A stretch of 64,000 bases of DNA from a virus (IMGVR_UViG_3300021399_000101:129630-193629); one strand, 5' to 3'. Shown: positions 33,200 to 44,900, counted from the stretch's first letter. Made by a program: numbers and translations. The notes: generated from the sequence alone by a model not told the origin.

Positions 33200-34009
33200 T
33201 TACTTGTAAAGTCTCATCATAGATTCACGGAGCACAGACTTTCTCTTAGGTCCGTCCTGGTCGTCCTCAAATTCCTCAGGAATTGAAGAAACTTCCTCTT
33301 TTACGCTCTCGTCTTTCTTTGATTTCTTCTTCTCGTCCTTTTTCTCGTCTTCGTCTTTGTCCTCGTCCTTATCGTCCTCGTCCTCATCATCAAAGTCGAA
33401 ATCAAGGTCTTCATCATCTTCATCATCTTCGTCGTCATCATCTTTAGACTTATCAGCTTCATTCAAAGACTCAACAATAGACTCGAATCTAGCTGTAACT
33501 TCTTCAGCGGTGCCTTCGCCGATGATGGCTCTAAGTGCTGGTTTGAATGCGTCGTCATAACCTTCAATAAGTTCTTCAAGAGTAGCAGCGCCTTCATCAA
33601 GTGCTTCCTTCCTTTCGTACTCAGCAACCTTGTCGGCAAGTCTCTTAATTTCACCCATATAGGTGTTCTCGACATACTCTTCGTTCATTAAAGGAGCAAC
33701 AAGTCTCAAGACCTCTTCCATCACCTTGTGGGTCGGGTCAGTTTCAACAGACTCTGCTAAAACCTCGGCTCTTACGTCTTCCCTCATTTCATCGAGAGCA
33801 GCAAGGAACTTCTCAGAATAAGCTTCTGCGACTTCCTCTCTCCAGGCATTGTTCTGTTCTTCAAGCTCGTCAAGTTTGGCCTGAATTCTCTCTTCAGCTT
33901 CCTCTTCGAGCTTAGCTGAGAAATCTTCCTTCCAAGCTTGAATTTCCTCTGCGAGCTTTGAAGCATCCTCTTCGGAAAGTTCAATATCAAGGATATCTTT
34001 ATTGTCCAT
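33200..34009 (-). CDS. prohead scaffold/core protein (gp22-like)
   Basis: Very acidic coiled coil immediately upstream of the MCP. Confidence 0.75.
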   Translation of the reverse strand: MDNKDILDIELSEEDASKLAEEIQAWKEDFSAKLEEEAEERIQAKLDELEEQNNAWREEVAEAYSEKFLAALDEMREDVRAEVLAESVETDPTHKVMEEVLRLVAPLMNEEYVENTYMGEIKRLADKVAEYERKEALDEGAATLEELIEGYDDAFKPALRAIIGEGTAEEVTARFESIVESLNEADKSKDDDDEDDEDDEDLDFDFDDEDEDDKDEDKDEDEKKDEKKKSKKDESVKEEVSSIPEEFEDDQDGPKRKSVLRESMMRLYK

Positions 34010-34134
34010 AATTTCTCCTAGTAAATTAATTTTTCTACTGTTATTATCTTGCAGATAGCAAGTACTTTTACTACTATTATCTTATCAGTATCTATTTACA
34101 AATAAACACTGAGATAATTTTAAAAACTCGAAGT

Positions 34135-34401
34135 TCAATCGTAGTCAAAAATTAAATCTTGTTCCCATTTATCAAAGATTTTTTTAACACCGTCAATCTT
34201 GAAAAATGGTTTGATTTCTTTCTCAACCCACTTTTTATATTCTTCTGAACCAGCAAACTCTCCAAAACTTTTGTCACTTTTTTCAAGTTGCTTTTCGTAA
34301 AGTTCATCGAACATGTTTCTATAATATTTAGCTACCTTGCGGTCGATTGCTTCTTCGGTTAAAACACCGGAATTCTTTAAAATTTCCTCTCTAAGGTTCA
34401 T
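34135..34401 (-). CDS. putative internal head protein
   Basis: N-terminal MNLREEILKNSGVLTE motif. Confidence 0.65.
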   Translation of the reverse strand: MNLREEILKNSGVLTEEAIDRKVAKYYRNMFDELYEKQLEKSDKSFGEFAGSEEYKKWVEKEIKPFFKIDGVKKIFDKWEQDLIFDYD

Positions 34402-35024
34402 GCTTTAAAAGCCTCTTTCCAAATCTGGCCAAGTGTTGTTTTCTTTTTATTGAATTCTATTCCCTCTGAAATAAAGTCTGGCGAACCAAACTCTCCAGCA
34501 GACGGGTCAAAAACAATATCAATTGCTCTAAGCGAAAAATCAGGCTGAACCTCAAGAACGTCTTCCATAACGCCCTCTCCAAGATTCATTCTTGCCTTTT
34601 TAACAGAACCAAGTCCTCTAGTAGAAACTCCAAGTTTGACACCTTCATCAACAAGCGTCTTAATAACCTTGCCTTTTGGTGTATCAAGAATTACCATTTC
34701 TCCAACAACCGTTCCGTCGTCCATCATCTGAAGCTGATTGACCTTTGCAGCAATTTCATAAAGATTAATTTTTGCAGTCTGAGGGTGCTCACATTCTGCG
34801 ACAAACCTTCCTTCAGCGATAGCTTTCTGCGCCTCTTCAACAGCATGTCTCATAACAGGAATGGGGTAAACACGGCCATTCTTGTTCTTAACGCCAGCTT
34901 TGGAAAAGCAGCCACGGATAACGTAATGCTTTTCTTTGTTACTTGCTTCCTCTGTAATTATCTGACATGTTGTGCTATCAAGCTCAGTATACTCATCTAA
35001 AGAAACAACTTTATTCTCTTCCAT
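34398..35024 (-). CDS. prohead core protease (T4 gp21-like)
   Basis: GCF..AGVKNKNGRVYP, ECEHP, TPKG, LGVSTRGLGS, DIVFDPSA. Confidence 0.93.
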   Translation of the reverse strand: MEENKVVSLDEYTELDSTTCQIITEEASNKEKHYVIRGCFSKAGVKNKNGRVYPIPVMRHAVEEAQKAIAEGRFVAECEHPQTAKINLYEIAAKVNQLQMMDDGTVVGEMVILDTPKGKVIKTLVDEGVKLGVSTRGLGSVKKARMNLGEGVMEDVLEVQPDFSLRAIDIVFDPSAGEFGSPDFISEGIEFNKKKTTLGQIWKEAFKA

Positions 35025-35955
35025 TATTTTTTTCCTCTAGAATTAACTTATCTCTTAAAATATTTTCAATACTTGAAAATTCTGTAAATTTTATTCTAAA
35101 AACTTCAACCGAATTTTCTTCGCATAATTTATTTTTAATTATATCAAGCCGCTTTCTTTTTTTAAGTCCTTCTTCTCCCCCGAAAATTTCTATTGATTTA
35201 AAATGCTGCTCACCGTCATATTCTATAACTAAATTATAATCTGGTAAATAAAAATCAGGTTTAAGCAGTCTTAAAAAATCAAGACAAGCCTTATTATAAA
35301 TATAATTAATTTTGTTATCGTCTAAAAATCTTTTAATTCTTTCTTCGCCTTTAGACAAATTACATTTATTACAACCTTTACCATCTAAATGGTCGTTTGG
35401 TGTTTGCCAAAAACTACCATGCTTAGGGCATATAATTTCAACTTTAGTATGGTTATTAACATAATTCACTCTACTATAGTCATATTTATCACCATGAATT
35501 TGCGTTGCTTTTTCAATGAATTCATTTAAACTACTTGACCTAATTTTTCTAAGTACGTATTTTTTACATTCTGGGCAACCATATCCGCTTAAATGATTAT
35601 GTGGAGTCTGCCAAAATTCTCCATGTTCGGGGCATATAATACAAACTTTTATTTCTTTATTAATATATTCAACTTTATCATAAATATATTTGTCTTTATG
35701 AACACTATTTGCTTTTTCAACAAAATCTTTTGTTGTAGACGTTCTTAAACTCGCTCCATTCTTTATCCCGCATTTTTTACAACCTATGCCGTTTAAATGA
35801 CTATATGGCATTTGCCAAAATTCCCCATGTTCAGGACATATAATACAAACTTTGGTATGGCTATTAACATAATTTACCTTTTCATAAATATATTTATTCC
35901 CATGAATTTGTTCAGATTTTTTAATAAATTCTTCAGTAGTTAATTTTTTAGACAT
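35011..35955 (-). mobile_element. free-standing homing endonuclease (DUF723-type repeats plus C-terminal nuclease)
   Basis: Three T.EFI.K...HG.KY.Y..V.Y....KV.IICP.HG.FWQ.P..HL.G.GC repeats; PDFYLPDYNLVIEYDGEQHF. Confidence 0.85.
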
Positions 35956-36026
35956 TATAATATATAAGATATATAAAAAATAAAAAACCCAGCAAAAACT
36001 GGGCTTTAAGTTTGAAATTAATTCAA

Positions 36027-36353
36027 TTACTTGCAAGTGCACTCACTGAACTTCTTTCCGCACTGAGGGCAACAACCCTCATGCTTTTTTGCAGCCTCAC
36101 CTTCTTCCTCGTCATCTTCCTCAGATTCGGCCTCTTTCTGCTCTTTTGTTTCCTTGTGAGCTTTTATTTTAGCATCAAAATCGGCGAGAGCGGCTTTAAG
36201 GGCTTCTTTGGCCTCGCCTTCATCTTTTCCTTCAACCGTAACTTTCACATCAAAGACAAATTTTCCATCTTTTGGCTCTTCGCCGTCAAAGTCTTTTGCT
36301 GGTTTCTCGCATTCAATACAACTTTCTTTTAATATAAATTCTCTAAGTGTCAT
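36027..36353 (-). CDS. putative internal head protein with C-terminal Zn ribbon
   Basis: MTLREFILKE start; CCPQCGKKFSECTC end. Confidence 0.65.
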   Translation of the reverse strand: MTLREFILKESCIECEKPAKDFDGEEPKDGKFVFDVKVTVEGKDEGEAKEALKAALADFDAKIKAHKETKEQKEAESEEDDEEEGEAAKKHEGCCPQCGKKFSECTCK

Positions 36354-36355
36354 TT

Positions 36356-36586
36356 TTAAAAATCCTTATATTGCTTGACCATTTCGGCCATTTTTCTCAT
36401 ATAACGAAGACGAACACCAGCTGGTCTGTTTTTCATGTTCTTAAAAACATTAGCTGCTGCAGCCTCACCAATTGAATTAAAATATTTGATAAGGTTATCA
36501 AAAATATTATTAACGGCGTCAACTTCCTCTTGAGAAATTATTCTACCAGCCTCGTTTAAAACAGTAACTTCTTCTCTAAGTGTCAT
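36356..36586 (-). CDS. putative internal head protein
   Basis: MTLREEVTVLNE start. Confidence 0.65.
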   Translation of the reverse strand: MTLREEVTVLNEAGRIISQEEVDAVNNIFDNLIKYFNSIGEAAAANVFKNMKNRPAGVRLRYMRKMAEMVKQYKDF

Positions 36587-37035
36587 TTTAACCCTCCTAA
36601 ATATTTTTTAACTTTATCTAAATATTCTTTTTCATCTGCTGTAAATTTATCAATATTGTTATCAATAAAATTGACAAGGCTCTTTTTTCTGAGAATAAGA
36701 ATATGGTCAATGATTGATTTTGCTTGTTCGCCAGTAAAAACAGTTTCTTCTTGTTTTGTGCCGCCACGCTCAGGCATTATTGTTGCTGTGACTTTATTTT
36801 CACCAAACGGATTATCAATATGCTTCCAATTATAATCCAGTATAGATGCCGCCGATATTATATAATCATACAGTTCTTTATTATCAGGTCTAGCACAACA
36901 TGTATATGTCTTCCCTGTATTTTTAACCAAGAAGTCATAATTCCAAAATTTTACATGTAACTCACCAGGTTTTGTAAGCAAGATAGTTTCTGATAAAACG
37001 CCGGAATTTTTTAAAATCTCTTCTCTAAGCGTCAT
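36583..37035 (-). CDS. putative internal head protein
   Basis: MTLREEILKNSGVLSE start. Confidence 0.65.
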   Translation of the reverse strand: MTLREEILKNSGVLSETILLTKPGELHVKFWNYDFLVKNTGKTYTCCARPDNKELYDYIISAASILDYNWKHIDNPFGENKVTATIMPERGGTKQEETVFTGEQAKSIIDHILILRKKSLVNFIDNNIDKFTADEKEYLDKVKKYLGGLK

Positions 37036-37332
37036 TTAATTAATTTTCTCCCAATTATTACCAAAAAGTTCTTTCATAGCCCAATCAATACCAAGCGCCA
37101 CTTTTTGATTCGCTGATTTATAAGCCCTTTGAACCCTTTTTATTGCATTAAGATGGACCTCTACATTATTATCATAATCCGCTGGATCATCCTTACGGAG
37201 TTCGGACTCATGTTTGACTAATCGAGCCATTGACATATTATCGAGTTTTTTATTTTCTTCGGCCTCTTTATGTTTATCATATTCATAGCCATAATCTTTA
37301 GCCGCTTTCAAAACTTCTTCTCTAAGCGTCAT
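37036..37332 (-). CDS. putative internal head protein
   Basis: MTLREEVLK start. Confidence 0.65.
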   Translation of the reverse strand: MTLREEVLKAAKDYGYEYDKHKEAEENKKLDNMSMARLVKHESELRKDDPADYDNNVEVHLNAIKRVQRAYKSANQKVALGIDWAMKELFGNNWEKIN

Positions 37333-37868
37333 TATTCTCCCTCTTTGATTCTTTCAAAATCAAGCTTGTGCTCCCTTTCGTCAGAAATAATTCCGTTTAT
37401 GATATCAGCCAAATCCTTGGTATCTGCGCCATCTTTGATTTCATCGTAATAAGCCTGGTAAGCCTCAATAGCGCCTTCTTCGGCTTCAATAAAGAACTGT
37501 TTCAAATCATCACTTGAAAAGCTTGAAAGTTCCTTAGTTGCCGGACTAGCGCTTGAAATAATCTTGGCAATTGTAAGGTCTGGATGACCGCCTCTTTCCA
37601 TAAGAGCCTGAACAAGCTGAGTATAGTGTCCCCATTCTTCTTCAGCATGTTCATTAAAATGTTCAACCAAATAAGATTGATTTGGGCCAACTATAGCATC
37701 GGCCGCAATTTTATATTGTATAGCAGCAGCAGCTTCAGCGTTGATAAGTTTCTTGAGATTGTCTAGATAGCTATAGCTGGTTGATTCTGCTGCCCGCTGC
37801 TCGCCCTCATCCTCCAAAAGAAGACCGGCATTTCTTAAAATCTGTTCTCTAAGTGTCATGTTTACCAC
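37332..37868 (-). CDS. ferritin/Dps-like four-helix di-iron protein with the shared N-terminal motif
   Basis: NAE..A..QY, EH.EEE..H, EAEEGAI..Y, I..DE.EH ligand pattern; MTLREQILRNAGLLLE start. Confidence 0.75.
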   Translation of the reverse strand: MVNMTLREQILRNAGLLLEDEGEQRAAESTSYSYLDNLKKLINAEAAAAIQYKIAADAIVGPNQSYLVEHFNEHAEEEWGHYTQLVQALMERGGHPDLTIAKIISSASPATKELSSFSSDDLKQFFIEAEEGAIEAYQAYYDEIKDGADTKDLADIINGIISDEREHKLDFERIKEGE

Positions 37869-37949
37869 CTTTTAGTCTAAAATTATCTTAACATAAATAA
37901 AGCCCAGCAAAACATACTGGGCTTTACTATATTACTATATATAGTAACA

Positions 37950-39152
37950 TTAAATACTAAGGAAACGAACACATTCCTTAATATCATCGGGGCGGGTGCC
38001 TTCATCATCATTATCGAATTTCTTAATAAGATTCTCAGCCATTTCCTTAATCTTTTCGTCTGTGACTTTTTCAACAACGGTCTTAAGAGCAGAAAGAAGT
38101 TTTTCCTTATCTTCAGCAGTTAACTCAACAGCTTTATCCTCGTCCTTCTTCTCTTCATCCTTCTTTTCGTCGCCTTCTTTTTCTTCACCAGCTGCTTCAG
38201 CAGGAGCTTCGCCTTCAGCGGCCTTAGCTTCAGAAGATTTGGTCTCATTATCAGAATCATCATCAATATCAATTGCTTCTCTGAGATACTGGAAACCTTC
38301 GTCATTATTGATATAATGAACGACAGCTTCTGTAATCTTCTTATACTCACCGTTAAGTTTCGGGTCGAGCATAATTGCTCTTGCAATTGCTTCTTTAAGT
38401 TCTGTCTGGTTTAAGCTGAATAGACTCGGATTTTCTGAGAACATTTCAACAAGAACATCTCCGCCTTCTTCAACATCCTCAACAAATTCCTTGCAAGCTG
38501 CACACATCTGCTTCTTAAACTTCTTGGAAGCGCAGCACTTCTTTGCCTTCTCCTTTGACTTAGAATTAATGTAAGCCTTAGGCTCTGTAGTTGAAAGAAG
38601 AGTAAATGCAACAGGGTTTGCCCAGTCAAGAATGAGAACATCATTCAGCGGATGGGTAATAAGCCTGTCCTGATAAGCCTTGAAGAAATCACTCTCTCTA
38701 AGCTCCTCAAACTCCTCGTTGATAAAACTAAGCTCTTCGTAATCAGCAGCTCTAGAATAATCCTTGTCTGAAATTGACTCGGCTACAATTGTCTCAATTG
38801 CACTCTTTGCCTTATTAAGAGTCTTCATATATGAATTAAGAAGCTCTCTCGAATCATCATTTTCGCTAATCAGATAATCCTTAACAGCAATCTTGAAATC
38901 AACCGAGCTGTCTTCCTCAAGCTCAATTTTATCAAATCCTTCAAGAATTACGCTAAGTGTATCTGGATTATAATGATAATTGCAAGTATAGAACTCTTCA
39001 TTCACTGTATCAAGCAAAACCAGAGAGTCATCATACACAGCAACAACAGATGCATTAGCACTCTCATTGATGAAGCCACGGATCATACTCTCGATATTGG
39101 TGTTGTCATTAACAATTACACCATGAAGTTGTCCATATGTCATTTTTGCCAT
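37950..39152 (-). CDS. acidic head-module hypothetical protein
   Basis: 400 aa ORF directly downstream of the portal; AGGAG RBS. Confidence 0.65.
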   Translation of the reverse strand: MAKMTYGQLHGVIVNDNTNIESMIRGFINESANASVVAVYDDSLVLLDTVNEEFYTCNYHYNPDTLSVILEGFDKIELEEDSSVDFKIAVKDYLISENDDSRELLNSYMKTLNKAKSAIETIVAESISDKDYSRAADYEELSFINEEFEELRESDFFKAYQDRLITHPLNDVLILDWANPVAFTLLSTTEPKAYINSKSKEKAKKCCASKKFKKQMCAACKEFVEDVEEGGDVLVEMFSENPSLFSLNQTELKEAIARAIMLDPKLNGEYKKITEAVVHYINNDEGFQYLREAIDIDDDSDNETKSSEAKAAEGEAPAEAAGEEKEGDEKKDEEKKDEDKAVELTAEDKEKLLSALKTVVEKVTDEKIKEMAENLIKKFDNDDEGTRPDDIKECVRFLSI

Positions 39153-39213
39153 TATTTATTTTCTCCTTAAAATTTTCATTTTATTCTATATTTATCTTTT
39201 CAGTACAAAGGAA

Positions 39214-41190
39214 TCAACCGAGCAATACTGGCAATTCCTTGACTGAACTACCTTCATAAAGCCTGACGGCTCCACTATTTTTTATAAGACCGCCAAACTC
39301 ATTATTCTCGTTTAAGAAGTAATAAGGATTAAAGCCTTTAATTGCATGACGTTTCTTTTTTCCATAAGAGTCTACTTCTTCCATAAACTCAGAAACTTTG
39401 GAATTTTTATTTTTGTTTTGCATCTTAATGTATTTCATAAGGGCAAGAAAATCGTCCTTATCTTCAATAAGGAACTTTTGCCCTTCAACATTAAGATATG
39501 AAACTTCTTGGGTTTCAAGATTTTCAGGAGCCTCAACAGGGGCTTCTGCAGGGGTCTCTTCAGGAGGTACTTCTTCGCCACCAGGCGGCATTTCTCCACC
39601 AACCTCTGTGGCTCCTAAATCCTGAGGCATTTCTCCACCAAGACCTGCGCCACCTGGCATTCCTCCGCCCATCGGCATTCCTCCGCCACCTTGACCAAGC
39701 GCCATCTGTTGCTGCTGATTTGCTTTGTCCTCAATCATCTTCATAAACTGAATCTCTGCAATCTCTTTATCTGAAAGCCTAAGTACTCTCTTAAATAACC
39801 AGTTTACAGGGAAAACGCCAAGACCTTGCATTTGAGACATCAAATTAATTTTTGTCTCAAGAAGACCAGTCTCAGAAATCTCTTTAGTCGTTGAAGGCGG
39901 TGTAAGCTCAAGAGTGAAATCTTGAAGCTCCTCTTCTTTAAAACCGTTAAAGAACAATTCAAGAGTAGCAAGCTTGTAAAGGGTTTTTATAATCTGCTGC
40001 TGAATCCTTTCAATAAACCTACCAAATTTAATATCTTTCTGAGAAAGAGTAGTACTTCTATCTGCCTGAACCTTTCCTTCAAGACCAATATATTCAGCAG
40101 GTATATTAAAACTAGCAATTAAATCATTTTTGAAATTATCAAGGAATGTCATGTTCTGGTTCATGTTCATTCCATCACCCTGGAGGGTTTCAATTGTGGT
40201 TCCATTCTGACCCTCTCTAACAGGAATAAATATATCTGAGGTAATCGAAAGAATTGAAGAAATCTGATTTAAATTTCCATCGGCATCAATAACCTGCTGG
40301 CTCCTATAAGAATCGCGCATCTCACGAATTGCTCTCTGCGCTTCAAGCTGAGGAAGGCCGCCTACATCAATCTTAAACACTCTCCTAGAAGGGGTTCTTG
40401 AAATAACATAAGTAAGAAAAATATCTTCAGTAGCGGTAAGCCTTTCAAAACTTCTTATACCAGAGAAAAGAAGTGATTTACCATAAGGCTTTGTTTCTTT
40501 ATCCTCAATTTTAAAATGGGCAATCTGCCAAGGGAACAGCCTCTGTTCAAGAACAACGCTCTTATTTTTCGGAGCCTGTATCTTATAAACATAATAATCT
40601 ACACGTCCGTCTTTTTCATGAATCTCGATTTTTGATGGGTCTAAATATTTTATTCTTCTAATTCCCACGGCCATACCATCTTTAACATCAAGAGTAACCT
40701 CATAGAAATTATCGCCCATCTTGATTGTTTCTTTAAATATTGACCACAACTCCGTATTTATAGAGAGCTTATCAAAAAAGAAGGTTTTTAAACAATCGTA
40801 GATTTTTTCATTATTACTATCTATTGTTAAAACATCATTTTCATCATTAGACTGGGATGACTCATCAGCAATTATATCAAGAGCTCTATTTACAAGCCCT
40901 AAAGTTCCCATTTTGATGTATGTTTCATAATATTGCTCACGGGTTCTGGTAGACCTTTTTGCAGTAGTGCTTCCAATAGTCTCAAACATGCCCAAAGTAA
41001 AGCTTTGGTTGTTCATGCTTGTTAAGCCGTCATCTTTGGATTCAACGGTACCATTAGACAAAACAGCATCTGATTTGTCAGCGATATTTACTTCAGGGGC
41101 TAAATTTATTTTTTGCTGAATATTATACGCTTGCTGCGTAGTTAATTCAAAATCATTTATATCAAACTGCTCTTTTCCGTTTTTAAGCAT
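39214..41190 (-). CDS. portal protein (T4 gp20-like)
   Basis: RTPSRRVFKIDVG.LP, DIFIPVREG..GTTIETL, KFGRFIERIQ; in head module. Confidence 0.9.
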   Translation of the reverse strand: MLKNGKEQFDINDFELTTQQAYNIQQKINLAPEVNIADKSDAVLSNGTVESKDDGLTSMNNQSFTLGMFETIGSTTAKRSTRTREQYYETYIKMGTLGLVNRALDIIADESSQSNDENDVLTIDSNNEKIYDCLKTFFFDKLSINTELWSIFKETIKMGDNFYEVTLDVKDGMAVGIRRIKYLDPSKIEIHEKDGRVDYYVYKIQAPKNKSVVLEQRLFPWQIAHFKIEDKETKPYGKSLLFSGIRSFERLTATEDIFLTYVISRTPSRRVFKIDVGGLPQLEAQRAIREMRDSYRSQQVIDADGNLNQISSILSITSDIFIPVREGQNGTTIETLQGDGMNMNQNMTFLDNFKNDLIASFNIPAEYIGLEGKVQADRSTTLSQKDIKFGRFIERIQQQIIKTLYKLATLELFFNGFKEEELQDFTLELTPPSTTKEISETGLLETKINLMSQMQGLGVFPVNWLFKRVLRLSDKEIAEIQFMKMIEDKANQQQQMALGQGGGGMPMGGGMPGGAGLGGEMPQDLGATEVGGEMPPGGEEVPPEETPAEAPVEAPENLETQEVSYLNVEGQKFLIEDKDDFLALMKYIKMQNKNKNSKVSEFMEEVDSYGKKKRHAIKGFNPYYFLNENNEFGGLIKNSGAVRLYEGSSVKELPVLLG

Positions 41191-41374
41191 CTATATTCTC
41201 CAAACCAGTTTTCGGTTGAATCTTGGACTTCATGGCCCTTCCCATTTTCATTTTCATTCTACGTTCAGCGCTAGTAACACCAATATTTTTACGTAAAGTT
41301 TTATCAACTAAAGTAGGGTTCGCCGCTTGAGCCATTCTTTTCTGCAACTCTTCTTTATCTAAAGTGGGGACCAT
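41183..41374 (-). CDS. small basic hypothetical protein
   Basis: AAGATAAT upstream (41390-41397), GAGG RBS. Confidence 0.55.
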   Translation of the reverse strand: MVPTLDKEELQKRMAQAANPTLVDKTLRKNIGVTSAERRMKMKMGRAMKSKIQPKTGLENIDA

Positions 41375-41383
41375 ATCATTACC

Positions 41384-41929
41384 TCAATAATTATCTTGAC
41401 GAAGATTAAGTTCTTCAGTTAAGATAGAATCTATATTTTTATATTCTGTATAGGGAATATGTAAAACTCTAAGGTTATTTTCTAAATATAATTTGTCCTT
41501 TAATTTTTCTCTTTTAGAAGCTGCTTCAAACCTCCTTTCTCCTCCCCAAGCTTTTACTGGTTTAAAATGTTGTTCACCATCATATTCAACAATTAAATTA
41601 TAATCTGGTAAATAAAAATCGGGCTGCATTTTGTATCCCTTATTTGATTTAAGCCAATCAAAACAAGATACATCATGATAAAACTTTATATCATGTTTTT
41701 CTAAATACTCAATTATTTTTTCTTCGCCTCTTGAAGGCCTACAATGTGGGCAGCCGTGGTTTGATAAATGAACATTTGGTTTTTGCCAAAACTCGCCATG
41801 CTTTGGGCAAATTATACAAACTTTAGTTTTATTATTTTTGTATTCTACCTTAGAATAATCATATCTATCACCATGAATTTTTTTTGCTTCTTCAATGAAT
41901 TGTTCTGTAGTTTTTCTATGAGTATCCAT
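41384..41929 (-). mobile_element. free-standing homing endonuclease (one DUF723-type repeat)
   Basis: TTEQFIEEAKKIHGDRYDYSKVEY..CIICPKHGEFWQ; PDFYLPDYNLIVEYDGEQHF. Confidence 0.82.
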
Positions 41930-41945
41930 ATATAATTATTTTTAA

Positions 41946-44900
41946 TCAGCCTATCAAAAAATTATAAACTTCCATGCCAGATATCCCAAGTCTTTCTTGG
42001 ACAGCCCTATCTAATCCCATCCTTTCTCCTACTGAAAAATCTTCCTGATTACCATACATTCCGGCATAATTTGTATCACTTAGATTTAATTTTCTACGAC
42101 CATCATCAAGAATAGAAGAAAGCTCATTTTCATGTTTGCCGGCTTCAAAAACCTTTCCATTTATTTGCCTCTGTTCTTGAAGTTTCTTTTCAAAATCTTT
42201 TCTATCATAATTAATTAAATTACCATCTTCATCAACAAATCCGGCAGCTCCAGAAGAGGCGGTAACTGCTTTATCGCGATTGTAAAGAGCAAGAGCAAAA
42301 GCCATGATTGAGTCGTCGTGGCATGAATTAGCGTGAATGTATTTTCCTTTGCTATCAACTATCCATGTCTGAAGCTCAGTATAAACTCTTTCAGAATAAA
42401 GATGAAGACGGCTGAACATTTCGGCATTAGTAAGCCAGTCAAACACCTCAGTTGTCATCAACTTTCTTGTCTTAGTATCTGTAATCCAGCCAGTAAAACG
42501 TGTTATTCCATTATTTGATTTCTTCTGCTTAAATACATTACCATATGGGTCGTTCTGATTATAATAAAGAGCGTTGAAAACACCATCACCGATTGAGTTG
42601 GCCTCTATAACAACATAAGCATCATTATAAATACGGGCTATGTCTTTTACCATACCTGGAAGCTGTGTTGTTGAAGCAAACCCATAAAACTCAGCACATT
42701 GCTCCATATTATTTACATCAAGGACTTGAATACAAGCGCGGTCCTGGCTTGTACCTTGCGATGGGTCAAGAGTGCAAATATATTTTCCATCTGGCTCAGG
42801 ATGCTTCCAAATCCAATAGTTATGCATTTCTTTAACTGGGGCGCCATTAAGGCATAAGTAATCCTTCATTATTGGATTCTTAAGTTTCAACTTAATTTTA
42901 TTCATTGAGTCAGGATTAATTACACGGTCTCCACTAATTATGAATTCATGAAGAATTTCCTGTTTATACTTAAACTCGCCCAAAGAGCCATATTGCGATT
43001 TTAAGAATGGATTGGAGTTTGGGTCTTTTCCGATAGGGTCGAAGAAATCATCCCACTTTTTTCTAACCTCTGGCTTATGATAATAGTCTTCGGAAATGGC
43101 TTGGGCAAGCTGTTTATTATAACCTCGCTTAGGACCATTCATATTTTCATCATCAGGAATTTCCCACCAACCGATTTGAAGATATTTCGTATCGCGGTCA
43201 AGACCCATCTTTGCTTCTTGAACTTGATTGTAATAATATGAACCCGCCCCAACAGTACCATTCGGCGTGCTGATAAAAATCTGCATTCCGCTTGTTCTGG
43301 TTAAAGTAGGAATAGCAGCAGAAACAATCGACTGAACCATTCTATCTGATTTATAGAAAGCCAACTCATCAAGAACAAGAAGAGAAAGTGAATCAGAACG
43401 TCCGGCATTCTCTGTCTGAGACTCTGATGTAATTGTAGAAACTGAGCCATTCGGATGTCTGAAACGCATCTTCTGCTTATTATCCTCAATTATTTCTTTC
43501 ATAAAGAATGGCGGCTGGATTTCTATTGTTGTCTTAAATTTTTTTACAAACTCAAATGATTTTGCCTGAGTAAGCGAAACAACGTCAATATTTTCAGAAG
43601 GTTTTGAAAGTAAACGCCATAGACAATAAAGAGCGAAAACAGTAGACATTCCACAATTATGAACCATGAGCCCATTTGCTAAAAAGTCGTGTGTTCCAGT
43701 TGTTATATCAAAAACTTCCTGCTCTTCTTCAAGAACTGTAATTTTACAGATTTTTTCTAGACTCTGATTTGTATTATATGGATGTTCCTGAGACAAGAGA
43801 GCGATATATTCTTCTGTATCAGTCTTCCCTTTTATTCCTATTTCATTTACAAATTTGATAACGGATTTTTTCTGGGTGACCCTTAATTTCCAAAAACCAT
43901 TACCATTAAAAGGAGAATATTGGGTCCAACAATGAATTCCATATTGAGTTTGCAATATATATTCAAGTTGCTTAATTAATTTAAAGCAAGGAGAGCCAAA
44001 ACCAATTTCATAACCTATATATTTTGGTCGCCTCTTGTCTTGTTTATGAGTAATCCACCCATCGCCAGCATAAAGCCTATTTATTAAAATAGACATCTGA
44101 TGACGGTTTAAATTCATAAGTTCATTGGTCAAACAGCGTTCTACAGATTTTACATCCAATCCAAATCTGTGCAAAAATTTTTTAATTGGCCTGTCAAGAT
44201 TCGGATTTTTATTTCCCTTAGAAACAAATCTTGCATCATACCCTTGTAATCTGTTCCTTCCGGATTTTCTTTCATAAACCCATGGCTCACAATTTTCAAA
44301 CAATCTAGCGGCTTCTATTGTTTCATTAATATAATCTAAATTTGTATTAACAAAAATCGGAGAATTATATTTTCCGTCTGCTATGTAATAACCTATAAAA
44401 GCGGCTAACTTATCATCATCAAGAGCAAAATCACCAAAAGGTTTAAGTGATAAAGCAGAAACAATTTCATCTTTAACTGTAAGGTCCTGAATCTCTTTCC
44501 ATCCATTTCTGGTTAAAACTTTATGGTCTAACGTTCCTTCGATAGAAAGGCCAGAGTTTGTAAGAACTTTGGCAACTTTCTTTTTACCCTGAGGAATAAA
44601 GTTTAATATATCAGTATAAATTAATTTACCATCCGAAATAGTTTCAATTTTATCGCCAACTTTTGCGTCAGCAATAGAAATATATCCTCTATCAGTCATA
44701 ACAAAATTATTAGCAGTCAAACACTGTCTTGTCTTGTCTATAACAACCTTCCTATAATTATTGATTTCCTTCGCCATCTCTGACTGATAATAATATGGTT
44801 CAAAAGCAATAGTTCCCTTGTTAGGAACGTCACACATTGCATAATTAGACAGCCAATAATTAAATGAGGAGCAAATAAGAAAATTTTCAATTCCAGTATC

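Noticed and set aside
33340-33440. TCA/TCG/TCT trinucleotide-like repeats
   Set aside because: They simply encode the poly-Asp/Glu/Lys tract of the scaffold protein.
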